A stretch of DNA of 64,000 bases from Candidatus Aenigmatarchaeota archaeon (GCA_039091335.1 JAWCME010000002.1:1-64000), one strand, 5' to 3'; positions 18,389 through 28,783 are shown, counted from the stretch's first letter. Notes: generated by a model not told the origin, from the letters alone. Made by a program: numbers and translations.

Positions 18389-21061
18389 TCATTCAAGATA
18401 AATTCCTGGTTTTCCGTACTTTGCTCTTTCTGCCCTGTTTTCTGGGTCATATCTCTTTGGGTCAGATGAAATAAATAGTTTTAATTTTTCAAATTCAAAC
18501 TTCTTTTTTATAAAATCTACAGCTTCTCTAAAATATTCCAATTCTTTTTTTGTAGAAAAATATAGATAAGCACTCCTCTTTTTTCCTTTAAGTTTTATAA
18601 TCTCATTTAAATCTTGTAAGAACTTTTTCAGTATCTCCTCAAGCTCGACTACCTCTTTTTTAAATTCCTTTGGATTATATTTTGGCCATTTTTCGATACA
18701 AACAATTTTTTTATTTCCTAGTTTTTCCCATAGCTCTTCGCAAACATGTGGTAAGAGCGGCGTAAAAAGTTTTATTCCAATGTTTAAAAATTCAAGCAAT
18801 ACTTTTCTGTTGCAATTTTTTATTCCACCGTTCCTTTCTATGTACCATTTCAAATCATTTGTTAAATCAAAGAAAGCACATTGTGCAGCACTTCTAAACT
18901 TTAACTCTTCATAATTTTCTGTAGCAAGTTTTATATGAAGTTGAAGTTTGCTCCTCAAGAACAAATCTATTTTTTCCACATTTTTTCTCGTCGCTTTTTT
19001 TACGTTTGAGACAATACTTTCTAAAAAATTTATTCTTGAAATGTAAGTTGATAAATTCTCTTCGACCCAATCTGCATCGTTCAATCCTTCATTAGATGCA
19101 ATTAGATTAATTCTCACAAGGTCAGAACCAAATTCATTAATTAGTTTTCTTATTGGTATTATATTTCCCTTTGACTTACTCATCTTCTCCCCACCAACTT
19201 GAACATATCCATTAACACCAATCCCTCTTGGCCAGTATTTCTGGTTTTTCCATATGGCAACATGATGAAACAAATAAAATGTTAAGTGGTTTTGAACCAA
19301 ATCCTTACCAGAGTTTCTTAAGTCAACAGGATAAAAATAATCAAACTCCCTTCTCATTTCATCTAAGATTTTTTTATCTATACCAACTTTTTTACTCAAA
19401 ACTTTAGAGTTACCTTTTCCAAGAAAGATGTAGTCAAAAACATCATCAGTTAGTTTTTCTGCTTCAATTTTTCTCTCGTTTATTATTCTTGCTATAGTAT
19501 AGTAAGCAGGATATATGACACTATCAGATAAAGTTTCTATAATCCACTCTTTATCCCAAGGCAAATTAGTTCCAAGACCAGTTTTTCTCGTACATGCCTT
19601 ATCTTTTAACCATTCGACAGTATTTTCAAACTGTGTTCTAACTTCTTCCGGATAGAATTTCATCTTTTTTATCAACTTCCTTACCTTTTCCTTCCATTTT
19701 TCATCAGAATATCTTAAGAACCACTGGTTTTCTAAAATTTTTACATGGTTTGGAGTTGTACACCTACAAATAACAGGGGCGCTGGGTTCCCACATTTTCT
19801 CTGCAATACCACTTTCAAAAAATTCTTTATAAAGCCTTTCCTTTATTTCAGAAACCTTAAATCCAGCATATTTGCCACACCTATCGTTTAAAATTCCAAG
19901 ATGAAACTCTTTTTTATAAATTATTGAGGTTGCTTCATCCAGCTTCTTTCTTTCATCTTGAGATTTTATTCCTATTTTTCTACAAATTTCTTCAGCAGGA
20001 TTTTCGCCAAAGCCTTCTGTTTTAATCACAGTAATTGGTTTTATATCAAAAGTTCCATACTTTTTTAATTCCCCACTATTTTTCAAATCTTCTATTCCAA
20101 TCCAATCATATGGTGCATGGGAAGGAACCGACATAACAATTCCTGTGCCAAAATTTGGGTCTACAAACTTTGCTGGAAGGATTGGAACCTTTTCCTTCAA
20201 TACAGGATTTTCTGCGTATTTTCCTATTAAATCTTCTCCTTTTAGCTCTCCTTTTACAGAAACATTCTTTAACTGATCCCTTAACTTTTCTACTGCCCCT
20301 TCGCTCAAAATCCATTTTTCCCCATCAACTTCTGCCAAACAATATTTAACATCAGGATTAACCCATATGTTTGTCACACCAAAAACAGTTTCTGGTCTGA
20401 GAGTTGCAGTTGGTAAAATCTTATCATCCAATGAAAATTTTATGATTAAATGTTCTACGGGACTTTCTCCTATTCCCTCAAGCCTATCATGGTCTCCTGT
20501 AGGAGATTTACATTTTGGACACCAAATTACAGGATGAGTCCCTTGATAAACATACCCCATTTTTCTTAATGTGTTATACTGCCACTCTATGAAACGAGAA
20601 TAAGTTGGATTCATTTTTGTTGTTATAAAAGTTCTCCTCCAATCTATGGAAAAGCCGGCTATCTTTAAATCTTCAATCCATCTCTTCATCCAGAATTTTG
20701 CTACAAACTCTGGTCCGTATTCAATAAAATTTTTTATATCTTTGTCAGTTGCCCCAAAGGTTTTGAAAGTTTCAATTTGAATAGAATCTTTTAATTTAAC
20801 TCTTTCTATACTTCCAACTATCGGCTCCCCTGTTGCATGAAAGCCTTGTGGATAAAGCACGTTAAAACCCTGCATCCTTTTAAACCTTGCATAAGAGTCG
20901 CATCTAAACGCAGAAAATGCGTGTCCTATGTGCATCGAACCATTAACATAAGGGTAGGGCCAGGTGATGAAAAATTTTGGTTTGTTCTTTACATTAGCCT
21001 CAAAGATTTTCTTCTTTCTCCATATTTTTTCCCACTTCTTCTCTATTTTTTTAATGTTCAT
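18389..21061 (-). CDS. leuS: Leucine--tRNA ligase, archaeal type
   Basis: PYPYVNG, HIGH, DHDR, ATLRPET, GTGIVMSVPSHAPYD, SGKDL, KMSKS. Confidence 0.97.
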   Translation of the reverse strand: MNIKKIEKKWEKIWRKKKIFEANVKNKPKFFITWPYPYVNGSMHIGHAFSAFRCDSYARFKRMQGFNVLYPQGFHATGEPIVGSIERVKLKDSIQIETFKTFGATDKDIKNFIEYGPEFVAKFWMKRWIEDLKIAGFSIDWRRTFITTKMNPTYSRFIEWQYNTLRKMGYVYQGTHPVIWCPKCKSPTGDHDRLEGIGESPVEHLIIKFSLDDKILPTATLRPETVFGVTNIWVNPDVKYCLAEVDGEKWILSEGAVEKLRDQLKNVSVKGELKGEDLIGKYAENPVLKEKVPILPAKFVDPNFGTGIVMSVPSHAPYDWIGIEDLKNSGELKKYGTFDIKPITVIKTEGFGENPAEEICRKIGIKSQDERKKLDEATSIIYKKEFHLGILNDRCGKYAGFKVSEIKERLYKEFFESGIAEKMWEPSAPVICRCTTPNHVKILENQWFLRYSDEKWKEKVRKLIKKMKFYPEEVRTQFENTVEWLKDKACTRKTGLGTNLPWDKEWIIETLSDSVIYPAYYTIARIINERKIEAEKLTDDVFDYIFLGKGNSKVLSKKVGIDKKILDEMRREFDYFYPVDLRNSGKDLVQNHLTFYLFHHVAIWKNQKYWPRGIGVNGYVQVGGEKMSKSKGNIIPIRKLINEFGSDLVRINLIASNEGLNDADWVEENLSTYISRINFLESIVSNVKKATRKNVEKIDLFLRSKLQLHIKLATENYEELKFRSAAQCAFFDLTNDLKWYIERNGGIKNCNRKVLLEFLNIGIKLFTPLLPHVCEELWEKLGNKKIVCIEKWPKYNPKEFKKEVVELEEILKKFLQDLNEIIKLKGKKRSAYLYFSTKKELEYFREAVDFIKKKFEFEKLKLFISSDPKRYDPENRAERAKYGKPGIYLE

Positions 21062-21099
21062 TAAATCGCTTTTTATTTTATAAATTATTAAACATCATA

Positions 21100-21465
21100 T
21101 TAAAAATTTTCAAAATAATTTCTGATGTTCGGCAATAATTTTCCTAATAAACAAAAAAGCAAATCATCTCTTATGTTGATTATATTTGCTTTCTTCATAC
21201 TTTTCCTTGAAAAAGTAAATCCACTTAACCTCAAGTCAAGGAGTGCAGTAGCACCATGAGCAACATGAGGACTTATACCAAATTCCTTGCTCCATCCATC
21301 CCTTATATTTTCGCTTTCTTCAATCCAGTTGCTTTCAGTGTCTTCTATTATGTTAGGAACTTCTTTTCTTAATTTTTTGAAATATTTTGAAATTTTTTTA
21401 TCTACTTCATTTTCATCTGCCTGAGTCGTTCTAAAATCAAATTCTACTATGTCACTTAAAAACAA
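21100..21465 (-). CDS. Hypothetical protein; may be the frameshifted C-terminal part of the upstream nucleotidyltransferase
   Basis: TTG start; the frame stays open upstream across an A6 run that lies inside the neighbouring ORF. Confidence 0.45.
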   Translation of the reverse strand: MFLSDIVEFDFRTTQADENEVDKKISKYFKKLRKEVPNIIEDTESNWIEESENIRDGWSKEFGISPHVAHGATALLDLRLSGFTFSRKSMKKANIINIRDDLLFCLLGKLLPNIRNYFENF

Positions 21466-21914
21466 TTCTTCCTGTTCGTATGGGTTTTTTGGAGTTCTTG
21501 GGAGTATAAATAAATAATCTCAACTCTTTCGATCTGCGGAAATCTTCTTTTTAAGTCTAGGCTATAAGTTATAAGCGCTCTTCTTGTTTCTTTTAACACA
21601 CTCTTTCTTTTTGTTCCAATAAAAACAATATCTATGTCATCCTTATAGTTGATTGTCCCTCTTATAACAGAGCCTCTTATCCCACAAATTAATGTGGTGG
21701 AATATATTTTCCTCGTTGTTTCAAATACACTTTCTAGAGATAAAAAGGCTGTTTTTAGCGTTGTTTTATAAAAGTCGTCAGAAAAATATCTCTCAAACAT
21801 TGTTTTTAATCTTTTGTATTGAGATTCTGGCAATTCTTCCATTTTAGTTTTAACTTTTTTTGGTAAACTTTCATAAAATTCATCATAGTTTTTGTACAGG
21901 TCAACCTGTTCCAT
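21456..21914 (-). CDS. Pol beta-type (minimal) nucleotidyltransferase domain protein
   Basis: GSVIRG...DDIDIVF, the GS-x-DxD motif. Confidence 0.7.
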   Translation of the reverse strand: MEQVDLYKNYDEFYESLPKKVKTKMEELPESQYKRLKTMFERYFSDDFYKTTLKTAFLSLESVFETTRKIYSTTLICGIRGSVIRGTINYKDDIDIVFIGTKRKSVLKETRRALITYSLDLKRRFPQIERVEIIYLYSQELQKTHTNRKNCF

Positions 21915-22021
21915 GCCCTTTTCACTAAATGTAATTTTTTTAATATTAAAAAAATTAAAGTTAAATTTTTTTATAGTATATTTTTAAAAACCATAATTAT
22001 TAAAAATGTTTAGAAAGAAAT

Positions 22022-24022
22022 TTAACGGTATGTTGAAGGCAATTCTATTCCGTTAATTTCTTTTAAATCGGTTAACTCGTTCATTTTTATCATTCTGTCA
22101 GAAAAAGTATAAAGCACATCATCTATGTAAAGAGATCTTTTTATCCTAGAAAGATAGTCATAATATTCTTCGGTTTTATTTGTATGTGTCACCTTCCCTT
22201 TCAACACAAACCCATTCTCTAAATCAACATTAAATACATAAGCACCCTGCCAAACATTCCATTTCTTTTCTTCTATGTTTTCTCCCTCTATAACCCTAAG
22301 TGGTATGACCAAAATATTCTTTGATTTACTGAACAAGAATGCTTTATGATCCCTTAGTGCGTCTGAATCCGTGCCTCTCTCCCCAATTATGTATTTTGAA
22401 ATTTCTTTTGGGTTTGAAACATCGGTAATATCAAAAAGGGACAGTTTCATTCCTTTTATTCTACCCTCTTCTGTAGCATCTCTTCCAACACCAATAAGAT
22501 GTGTTTCATCATACGGATGCAAATAGTCCGAAACACCAGTAATTTTCAAATAACCCAAAACCTTGGGGTTGTTTGGACTTCCCAAATCTATTACAAACAA
22601 CGGATCAATCTGTCTGAAAGTTACCACATATCCCTTGTCTCCAATAAACCTAACTGAATAAATTCTTTCCCCGGAGGCGAGGTCCTCTATTTTTCCAACT
22701 ATTTTTAGACCATCGTCAAGAATATAAACATGGTTTAATGATTCGTTTATCCATCCTGTTGTTGTAGCTATTCTGAAATAACTATTGTATTCGTCCATAG
22801 AAAATTGGTTTAAAATATAGCCAGGAACCTCACCACTTGCCTTGTATTCTATTTTTTCATTCTCAACAGAAATTTTATGAATAATTGTTTTTTCAACCTC
22901 CTTTTCAATTTCCCTATAAATATTAAATACCCTTTCTTCCACAATCTTCATAAAATTTGTTGCTTCTTCTGGGTTCAAAGAGTTTATATAGTTACGAAAC
23001 TCTTCTTCTATTTTTGCAATTTTTTCTTGTTTGCTTATATCTGAATTTTTTATCTCTCTTATTTTGGCTTGGATATGTGCGGGGAAAATAGGAATAAGTT
23101 TGTCAACTACTTTGTCATAAAAATCTAGGTAGTTAAATGTTTTAGTGTAAACAATAAAGATGTTTTTAGTTGAAACGTACATGTTTTGGCTATATCCCAA
23201 AAGAAATGTTTTAATTGAAATTTCTTCTTCGTCTTTCTGTGTATTTATTGACAATATGTTTGTATAGATGTAAGAAGAGTCGGGAAAATCAAAATAATAA
23301 ATTTCTGAAGCAGGTATAGTTTTTAGTTTGTTTTCGTATTGAACTGTTGGTAAAGGCATTAGTTCTCCATAATATATTGGCTGATTGATTATCACATACA
23401 CATAATCTCCTATCATCCTGGAATCAAAATAGTTGCCATCCACAGATACATTTCTTTTTAAAACAGGATTTTCTCTGTCTGATATATCATAAACTTTTAT
23501 AAATGTTTTTGGCGTATGTGAAATTATTTCCGTTCTACCAATACCCCCTTTAACACTCTCAATCGTTGGGCCATAGCAATCGCATGACCCAAAAACAACC
23601 AATTTGTCGCCATTTATAAATATTTCATAAGGGACTCCGTTCAATTCTATCTTAGATAAAATTTTGGCATCTTCTGCTGGATAAGCGTCGATAATAATGA
23701 CATTTCTACCTGAGACTACATATAAGTATTTTCCGTCATTTTTTATAATGTCTGCCTCATCAACTCCAGTTACTTGCACATTTGTGGTTGAATAATCTTC
23801 TGACACATCAATTGTGGCCGGAATACCCTTTGCGGAAGCAATTTCAAGGACGGGCGTGTAGAAAGGTATATAAGTTTCGGTGTTTCTCTTTACAAAACTG
23901 TTTAATTCGTCGTAAGAAGAGAATTTTTTCAGTTTTTGCTCAATAACGATTGGGGGTTTAGTAAGATATAGACTAAAAAGAATTACAAGAGCTAGCCCCA
24001 TGATTAAAATTTTTTTATACAT
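22022..24022 (-). CDS. Secreted beta-propeller domain protein (Beta_propel family)
   Basis: Signal anchor; YSTTNVQVTGVDEADIIKNDG, NQFSMDE, ERIYSVRF, VTFRQIDPLFVID. Confidence 0.88.
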   Translation of the reverse strand: MYKKILIMGLALVILFSLYLTKPPIVIEQKLKKFSSYDELNSFVKRNTETYIPFYTPVLEIASAKGIPATIDVSEDYSTTNVQVTGVDEADIIKNDGKYLYVVSGRNVIIIDAYPAEDAKILSKIELNGVPYEIFINGDKLVVFGSCDCYGPTIESVKGGIGRTEIISHTPKTFIKVYDISDRENPVLKRNVSVDGNYFDSRMIGDYVYVIINQPIYYGELMPLPTVQYENKLKTIPASEIYYFDFPDSSYIYTNILSINTQKDEEEISIKTFLLGYSQNMYVSTKNIFIVYTKTFNYLDFYDKVVDKLIPIFPAHIQAKIREIKNSDISKQEKIAKIEEEFRNYINSLNPEEATNFMKIVEERVFNIYREIEKEVEKTIIHKISVENEKIEYKASGEVPGYILNQFSMDEYNSYFRIATTTGWINESLNHVYILDDGLKIVGKIEDLASGERIYSVRFIGDKGYVVTFRQIDPLFVIDLGSPNNPKVLGYLKITGVSDYLHPYDETHLIGVGRDATEEGRIKGMKLSLFDITDVSNPKEISKYIIGERGTDSDALRDHKAFLFSKSKNILVIPLRVIEGENIEEKKWNVWQGAYVFNVDLENGFVLKGKVTHTNKTEEYYDYLSRIKRSLYIDDVLYTFSDRMIKMNELTDLKEINGIELPSTYR

Positions 24023-24025
24023 ACT

Positions 24026-24532
24026 TCACCTTTTAGTTTTTATTTTTAAAAAATAAACAAAAAAGCCAATTGATGAAGCAACAAATAGTGTGATGGAAAG
24101 TAAAAGGAGTGGTGCTACTACAGTTTTTGAAATTCCTTTCAAAACTTCACCACCAACAAAAGCTTCTGCTCTATACTCTCGGTATTGTATAAAGTATTGC
24201 ACAAAAGCAAAAAGTCCTCCCACAAAAGCCAATATAGAGCTAACAAGAAGGATGACCAACTTCCTAGATTTACTTGAAATAATCCCATATCCTTTTTCAG
24301 TTAAAGTATAAAAAACCCACTTCTTTCCAGGCTCTTCAATCTTTTTTACTAACTCACTTTTGGCTAAAATATCTAAGTGCTCCACTATCGTTGCATCGCT
24401 TTTGTTTAGAATCTTGCTTAAGTCAGATGGTGTTCTTTTTCCTTTGGAAAGTTCTTTCAATATGTTCATCCTTGTATCTACAGACAAAACCTTCAATATT
24501 TCTCTGTCTACAATAGTTACTGGCTCTTCCAT
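24026..24532 (-). CDS. ArsR-type winged-helix regulator with two C-terminal transmembrane helices
   Basis: LKVLSVDTRMNIL, TPSDLS...ATIVEHL, YTLTEKG, then hydrophobic segments. Confidence 0.8.
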   Translation of the reverse strand: MEEPVTIVDREILKVLSVDTRMNILKELSKGKRTPSDLSKILNKSDATIVEHLDILAKSELVKKIEEPGKKWVFYTLTEKGYGIISSKSRKLVILLVSSILAFVGGLFAFVQYFIQYREYRAEAFVGGEVLKGISKTVVAPLLLLSITLFVASSIGFFVYFLKIKTKR

Positions 24533-24601
24533 AATTTAAATTGCTAACAAAAGAATAAAACAGTGTCGATTTTATTAGGTGTTAACCGAACTTTTCTCAG
24601 G

Positions 24602-24630
24602 CAGTAAAAAATAATTTTAGTTTTTTACTG
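24602..24630. promoter_or_regulatory. 10-bp perfect inverted repeat (candidate operator) in a divergent promoter region
   Basis: CAGTAAAAAA-n9-TTTTTTACTG between the ArsR-type gene and tRNA-Arg(UCU). Confidence 0.35.
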
Positions 24631-24668
24631 AATAAAAATAAAGTTAAAAACAAAAGATAAATTATAAA

Positions 24669-24758
24669 GCCCCCGTAGCTCAACTTGGATAGAGCAGTGG
24701 CCTTCTAAGCCATTGGTTGCGGGTTCAAAAGCTTAGACTGAAATTCCCGTCGGGGGCA
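24669..24758 (+). tRNA. tRNA-Arg(UCU) with a 15-nt intron in the T-loop (59/60)
   Basis: GCCCCCG/CGGGGGC acceptor stem; anticodon arm GTGGC-CT-TCT-AA-GCCAT; T arm GCGGG-TTCAAA[intron]T-CCCGT. Confidence 0.93.
24730..24744 (+). other. tRNA intron at non-canonical 59/60 (AGCTTAGACTGAAAT)
   Basis: BHB: GGG-TTCA-AA|A-G..C-TGAA-AT|T-CCC; removal restores the T-loop TTCAAAT. Confidence 0.88.
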
Positions 24759-24838
24759 CTTCCAAAAAATCGATTTTTAGGGAATTCTAAGATACATGTA
24801 AAGTTTATTACCTTTCAATAAACAATATTAATGTGTAA

Positions 24839-25612
24839 ATGACAAGGGTTATAAACATAGCATCAGGAAAAGGTGGGGTGGGAAAGACAACTTTAACTAC
24901 AAATTTGGCATATGCCCTGGCAAAAATGGGTCAAGATGTTACGGTTGTGGACACAAACCTAACCACACCAAACCTTGGTATACATCTTGGTTTATATTTA
25001 GCTCCAAATAATTTGCAGGGAGTGCTAAAAGGAGATACTAACCTTAAAGATGCAATATATCCACATACATTTGGGTTTAAGGTAATTCCAGCTGGTCTTG
25101 GAATAGATAGTTTGATTGGAGTAGACCCATCCAGACTATACGAAGTACTTTCCGGATTGTTTGGAAAAACGGATTATGTAATATTGGACTCTGCACCTGG
25201 TTTGGGAAGGGAGGCTATTTCTTCCATAAACGCTTGTGAAGAAGTTTTGATCGTAACAAACCCGGATCTTCCAAGTATTATAGATGCATTAAAAGTTTCG
25301 AGGATAGCTATCAATACAGGGAAAAAAATAATTGGTGTTGTTGTAAACAGGAGAAATAAAAGACGAGATGAGTTTAGTTCAAATAGAATAGAAAACATTC
25401 TTGGAATTCCTATATTGGCAGAAATTCCAGAGGATAAAAATATACCAAAAAGCATAATGTTAAAAAGGCCTGTGCTGGAAGTTTTTCCAAATTCACCATC
25501 ATCAATAGAAATAAAAAGACTTGCATTCAAAATACTTGGAATTGAGGGAGGATCAGAATTTAGAGGTAAGCTTGGTCTTCTTGGAAGAATGGTAAAATGG
25601 ATTACCGGATGA
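24839..25612 (+). CDS. minD: MinD-like ATPase
   Basis: SGKGGVGKTT deviant Walker A, DSAPGLG, amphipathic C-terminal helix. Confidence 0.85.
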   Translation: MTRVINIASGKGGVGKTTLTTNLAYALAKMGQDVTVVDTNLTTPNLGIHLGLYLAPNNLQGVLKGDTNLKDAIYPHTFGFKVIPAGLGIDSLIGVDPSRLYEVLSGLFGKTDYVILDSAPGLGREAISSINACEEVLIVTNPDLPSIIDALKVSRIAINTGKKIIGVVVNRRNKRRDEFSSNRIENILGIPILAEIPEDKNIPKSIMLKRPVLEVFPNSPSSIEIKRLAFKILGIEGGSEFRGKLGLLGRMVKWITG

Positions 25613-27245
25613 AGTTAAGTAAGGCCTCCAAATCAATCTCAAAGCATGATACGGGCATTTCAATTTTCCAGTTTTCTATAACCTCTGGATGGATTTCACC
25701 AAACATTCCAACTTCTTTTCCGTTGATTTTAACTAGGCAGCATCTTCCATCAATAAAAGAGGGATGGGAAAATTCTTCAATATTAAAATTAAGACCCAAA
25801 CTTTTAATCAAGCTTTCAACCACTCCCTTTACTTCAGAGAAACTTGATTTGGAATGACAAATCGTACATCCAACCTTTCTTATAGTTTTTGTTAGTACCT
25901 CCTCGTTTTCGTCCATAACAACAACATCGCCAATTTCAAATATGTTTTGAGGATATTCCACATGCTTGTTCAAAGACAATACTTTTAAAAGGCTTGGTAT
26001 TATCCAAACTCTAAGGCAATTATACTCTTCAGATACAGGGTTTTCTATTTCTATTGCCTCTCCTTTTAACCTCATCTTATCGAATTGGTCAAAAAAATTT
26101 GTGAGAGTTGGTCTTAGAACTTCAATGAAACCAAAACCAACCATAAGATTCCTAATTTTTTCACAAAAATTTTCAAGCGGTAGGTCAAGTCCAACAGTTG
26201 CCAAGTTTGGCATTTCTGGTATCAAGTTATTATAACCATAAGCTATTGCCACATCTTCTACTATATCAACAGAATGAAGTATGTCATTCCTATAACAAGG
26301 AATTATTACGTTTATCTTCTTTCCTTTCTTCTCAATAGTTCCATATCCCATTCTTTCTAAAAGCATGCAAATTTCTTTTTTGCTCAAATTCAAACCTATT
26401 AACTTATTCACAAAATCAGTATCAATCTCCATGTTTTCCTCTTCCAATACTGGTGTTTTTTCAGCTTTCTTTCCGTACTTTACCTTTACAGCTTCAACTC
26501 TACATCCCCTATCAATCAAGTTAGTAACCAATATGTTTAGGGTTTGAAGAGTTGACTTCTTCTCGGTTCCTGTTACTTCAACAAACATAGATTTCGTCCC
26601 TTCTTTTATTCTTGTGCGCTCAGAATTTAATATCGGTGGAAAACTGAATATTCCCTTAGAATCGACATATACAGGGAATTCCCCAGAAAGAACATGAGCA
26701 AATTCAATTCCTTTTTGGGTGTTTGTTAGCACTTCCTTCAGGCTCATTTCCTTTTTTTCCCCAAGAGGTAAAAATTTTGCTTCTGGGCTTGCGGTTTTGT
26801 AGGAGATTGGTGGTTCTATCTTTTCAAGGTCATGAATTCCGATAGCAACCCTTTTCCTATTTCTTCCAATAGTTTCATGCAATGCTTCTTGTATGTTCAT
26901 AAGGCTTCTTATTAGTTCATCACTAAGCTTCACATTCTTAACTATGGCACATGCAATATATGGCCTACTTTTAACTTCCCCAACCATCACCTCTGTTTTT
27001 GCCTCCTCTACATGGTATTTTACTAATCCTGTTTCAATCCCTAAGAAATACCTTATTGCTCTTGCCAGTCCTTCTATTCCAAAAAGGTCTGCTCTGTCGG
27101 GTGTTAGTTCAACTGTTATTTCATTTTTCTCAATTTTTTCTACATTAAGTTTTATCATATTTATAGCTTCTTCTATCTCTTTTTCTGTTATGTCCTTTCC
27201 TATTAGCTTGATCAAATCTTTTTTATCATAAGTTAGTGTTGGCAC
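25602..27245 (-). CDS. pheT: Phenylalanine--tRNA ligase beta subunit
   Basis: RADLFGIEG, AIGIHD, PPILNS, YRNDILHSVDIVED, GEIHP; GTG at 27245 overlaps the pheS stop and has GGTGA upstream. Confidence 0.95.
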   Translation of the reverse strand: MPTLTYDKKDLIKLIGKDITEKEIEEAINMIKLNVEKIEKNEITVELTPDRADLFGIEGLARAIRYFLGIETGLVKYHVEEAKTEVMVGEVKSRPYIACAIVKNVKLSDELIRSLMNIQEALHETIGRNRKRVAIGIHDLEKIEPPISYKTASPEAKFLPLGEKKEMSLKEVLTNTQKGIEFAHVLSGEFPVYVDSKGIFSFPPILNSERTRIKEGTKSMFVEVTGTEKKSTLQTLNILVTNLIDRGCRVEAVKVKYGKKAEKTPVLEEENMEIDTDFVNKLIGLNLSKKEICMLLERMGYGTIEKKGKKINVIIPCYRNDILHSVDIVEDVAIAYGYNNLIPEMPNLATVGLDLPLENFCEKIRNLMVGFGFIEVLRPTLTNFFDQFDKMRLKGEAIEIENPVSEEYNCLRVWIIPSLLKVLSLNKHVEYPQNIFEIGDVVVMDENEEVLTKTIRKVGCTICHSKSSFSEVKGVVESLIKSLGLNFNIEEFSHPSFIDGRCCLVKINGKEVGMFGEIHPEVIENWKIEMPVSCFEIDLEALLNFIR

Positions 27246-28753
27246 TATATCACCAGTTCTTTGTTTCTTAACCAATTCAAGTCGTCTGAATAAAGATACC
27301 TTATATCCTCAACACCAAGCCTAACCATTGCCATCCTACCAATACCAAGTCCCCATGCTAAAACTGGTACTTCTATTCCAAGAGGAACTGTTACTTCTGG
27401 CCTAAAAATACCAGCACCACCAAACTCGAACCAACCAAGCTTAGGATGATAAGCTATACCTTCTACACTCGGTTCTGTAAATGGGAAGAAGGATGGCTTA
27501 AACCTAACTTTTTCTACTTCCATAATAGCTACTGCTATTTCCTTAAGGAAGCCCAAAAGGTTCCTTAAGTTTAAGTCTTCTCCCACAACTATACCTTCGC
27601 AATGTTCAAACTCTATGAAGTGCTTAGCATCTATCACATCTGGCCTGAATACTCTATCTATCATAAACATTTTATGAGGCAGTTTCTTTCCTTTTAACGA
27701 ATAAAGTGTTCTTGAAGATACAGCGGTTCCATGACTTCTTAGTATAAGTCTTCTTGCAAGATCAAAGTCCCAGTTTCCCCAGCCTTTACTTCCTGTTATC
27801 CATCCATTTTTGTGTGTTTCTTCAACCCTCTCCCACAACTCTTTATCCAGAACTTTCCCAAATTTTATGTTTTTGACAGTATATATGTCGTGAACACTTC
27901 TAGCAGGATGGTCAGACGGCATAAATAAGGCATCACAATTCCAAAAATTTAGCTCAACAAAAGGTCCTCTTGCTTCCACAAAACCAAGACCAATAAGTCT
28001 TTTCCTTATTTTGTCTATGATTTGTCTGTACGGATGAATTTTTCCAGGATAAATTTTTGGTGCGGGAAGGAAAACGTCATACTTTCTAATCTTTTTATTT
28101 TTCCACTCTCCAGTTTTGATAATTTCTGGAGTAAGTTGACCAATTTCTTCAACTACTTCCTTTAACTTTTCAGACAAGCTTTTTCCAAGCTCGGAAAGAA
28201 AGAAGTTCCTTTCTACTTCAACTACTTTTTTAATTATTCCCCTTTTGATAAAATCTTCAACAAGCCCTATATTTTCTACCTCTTCTATTCTATGCCTTCC
28301 TACCATCAATCTTTTGATCAATTCTTCTCCTTCTGTAATCATTCTTACTGCTTTTTCCCCAGCATCCGTTAAAAAAATTTTTCCTTCCTTTATCTCAATC
28401 CATCCGTTCTTCCTTGCCCAAATTATTCCTATCTCAGCCCTTTCAATCTTGTCTTTAATTTTCGAAATTTCATTTATTCCAGAATCTATTGCTTGAATAA
28501 GATTTTTTTCTGGAAGTCCATACCTTACATATTCTATTCCCTCTTCTGTCAATTCTAGGAATTCAAACTTAATTTCTTCTGTTTCCAAAATACCTTTAGC
28601 TCTTGCCCAAAGACATGCTCTTTCTATTTCATCCTTTTTAAGTCCGCTCTCTTTGGATATTTCTTCGACCCCCGTCTTTCCTAAAACCATTAAAGCCCTT
28701 ACTACCTTTTTCTCGTTTTCATGCAGTTTTTCTATCAATTCTTCAACTCCCAT
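27245..28753 (-). CDS. pheS: Phenylalanine--tRNA ligase alpha subunit
   Basis: FWNCDALF, HPAR, FFPFTEPS, GAGIFRPE, WGLGIGR. Confidence 0.96.
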   Translation of the reverse strand: MGVEELIEKLHENEKKVVRALMVLGKTGVEEISKESGLKKDEIERACLWARAKGILETEEIKFEFLELTEEGIEYVRYGLPEKNLIQAIDSGINEISKIKDKIERAEIGIIWARKNGWIEIKEGKIFLTDAGEKAVRMITEGEELIKRLMVGRHRIEEVENIGLVEDFIKRGIIKKVVEVERNFFLSELGKSLSEKLKEVVEEIGQLTPEIIKTGEWKNKKIRKYDVFLPAPKIYPGKIHPYRQIIDKIRKRLIGLGFVEARGPFVELNFWNCDALFMPSDHPARSVHDIYTVKNIKFGKVLDKELWERVEETHKNGWITGSKGWGNWDFDLARRLILRSHGTAVSSRTLYSLKGKKLPHKMFMIDRVFRPDVIDAKHFIEFEHCEGIVVGEDLNLRNLLGFLKEIAVAIMEVEKVRFKPSFFPFTEPSVEGIAYHPKLGWFEFGGAGIFRPEVTVPLGIEVPVLAWGLGIGRMAMVRLGVEDIRYLYSDDLNWLRNKELVI

Positions 28754-28783
28754 TTATAAAAATATTTTTATTGCAAGTATAAA

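Noticed and set aside
21485..21525. Possible BHB intron or programmed -1 frameshift explaining the split nucleotidyltransferase
   Set aside because: The candidate 4-bp helices lack flanking helices and would delete a core strand; the A run is not in the X-XXY-YYZ register
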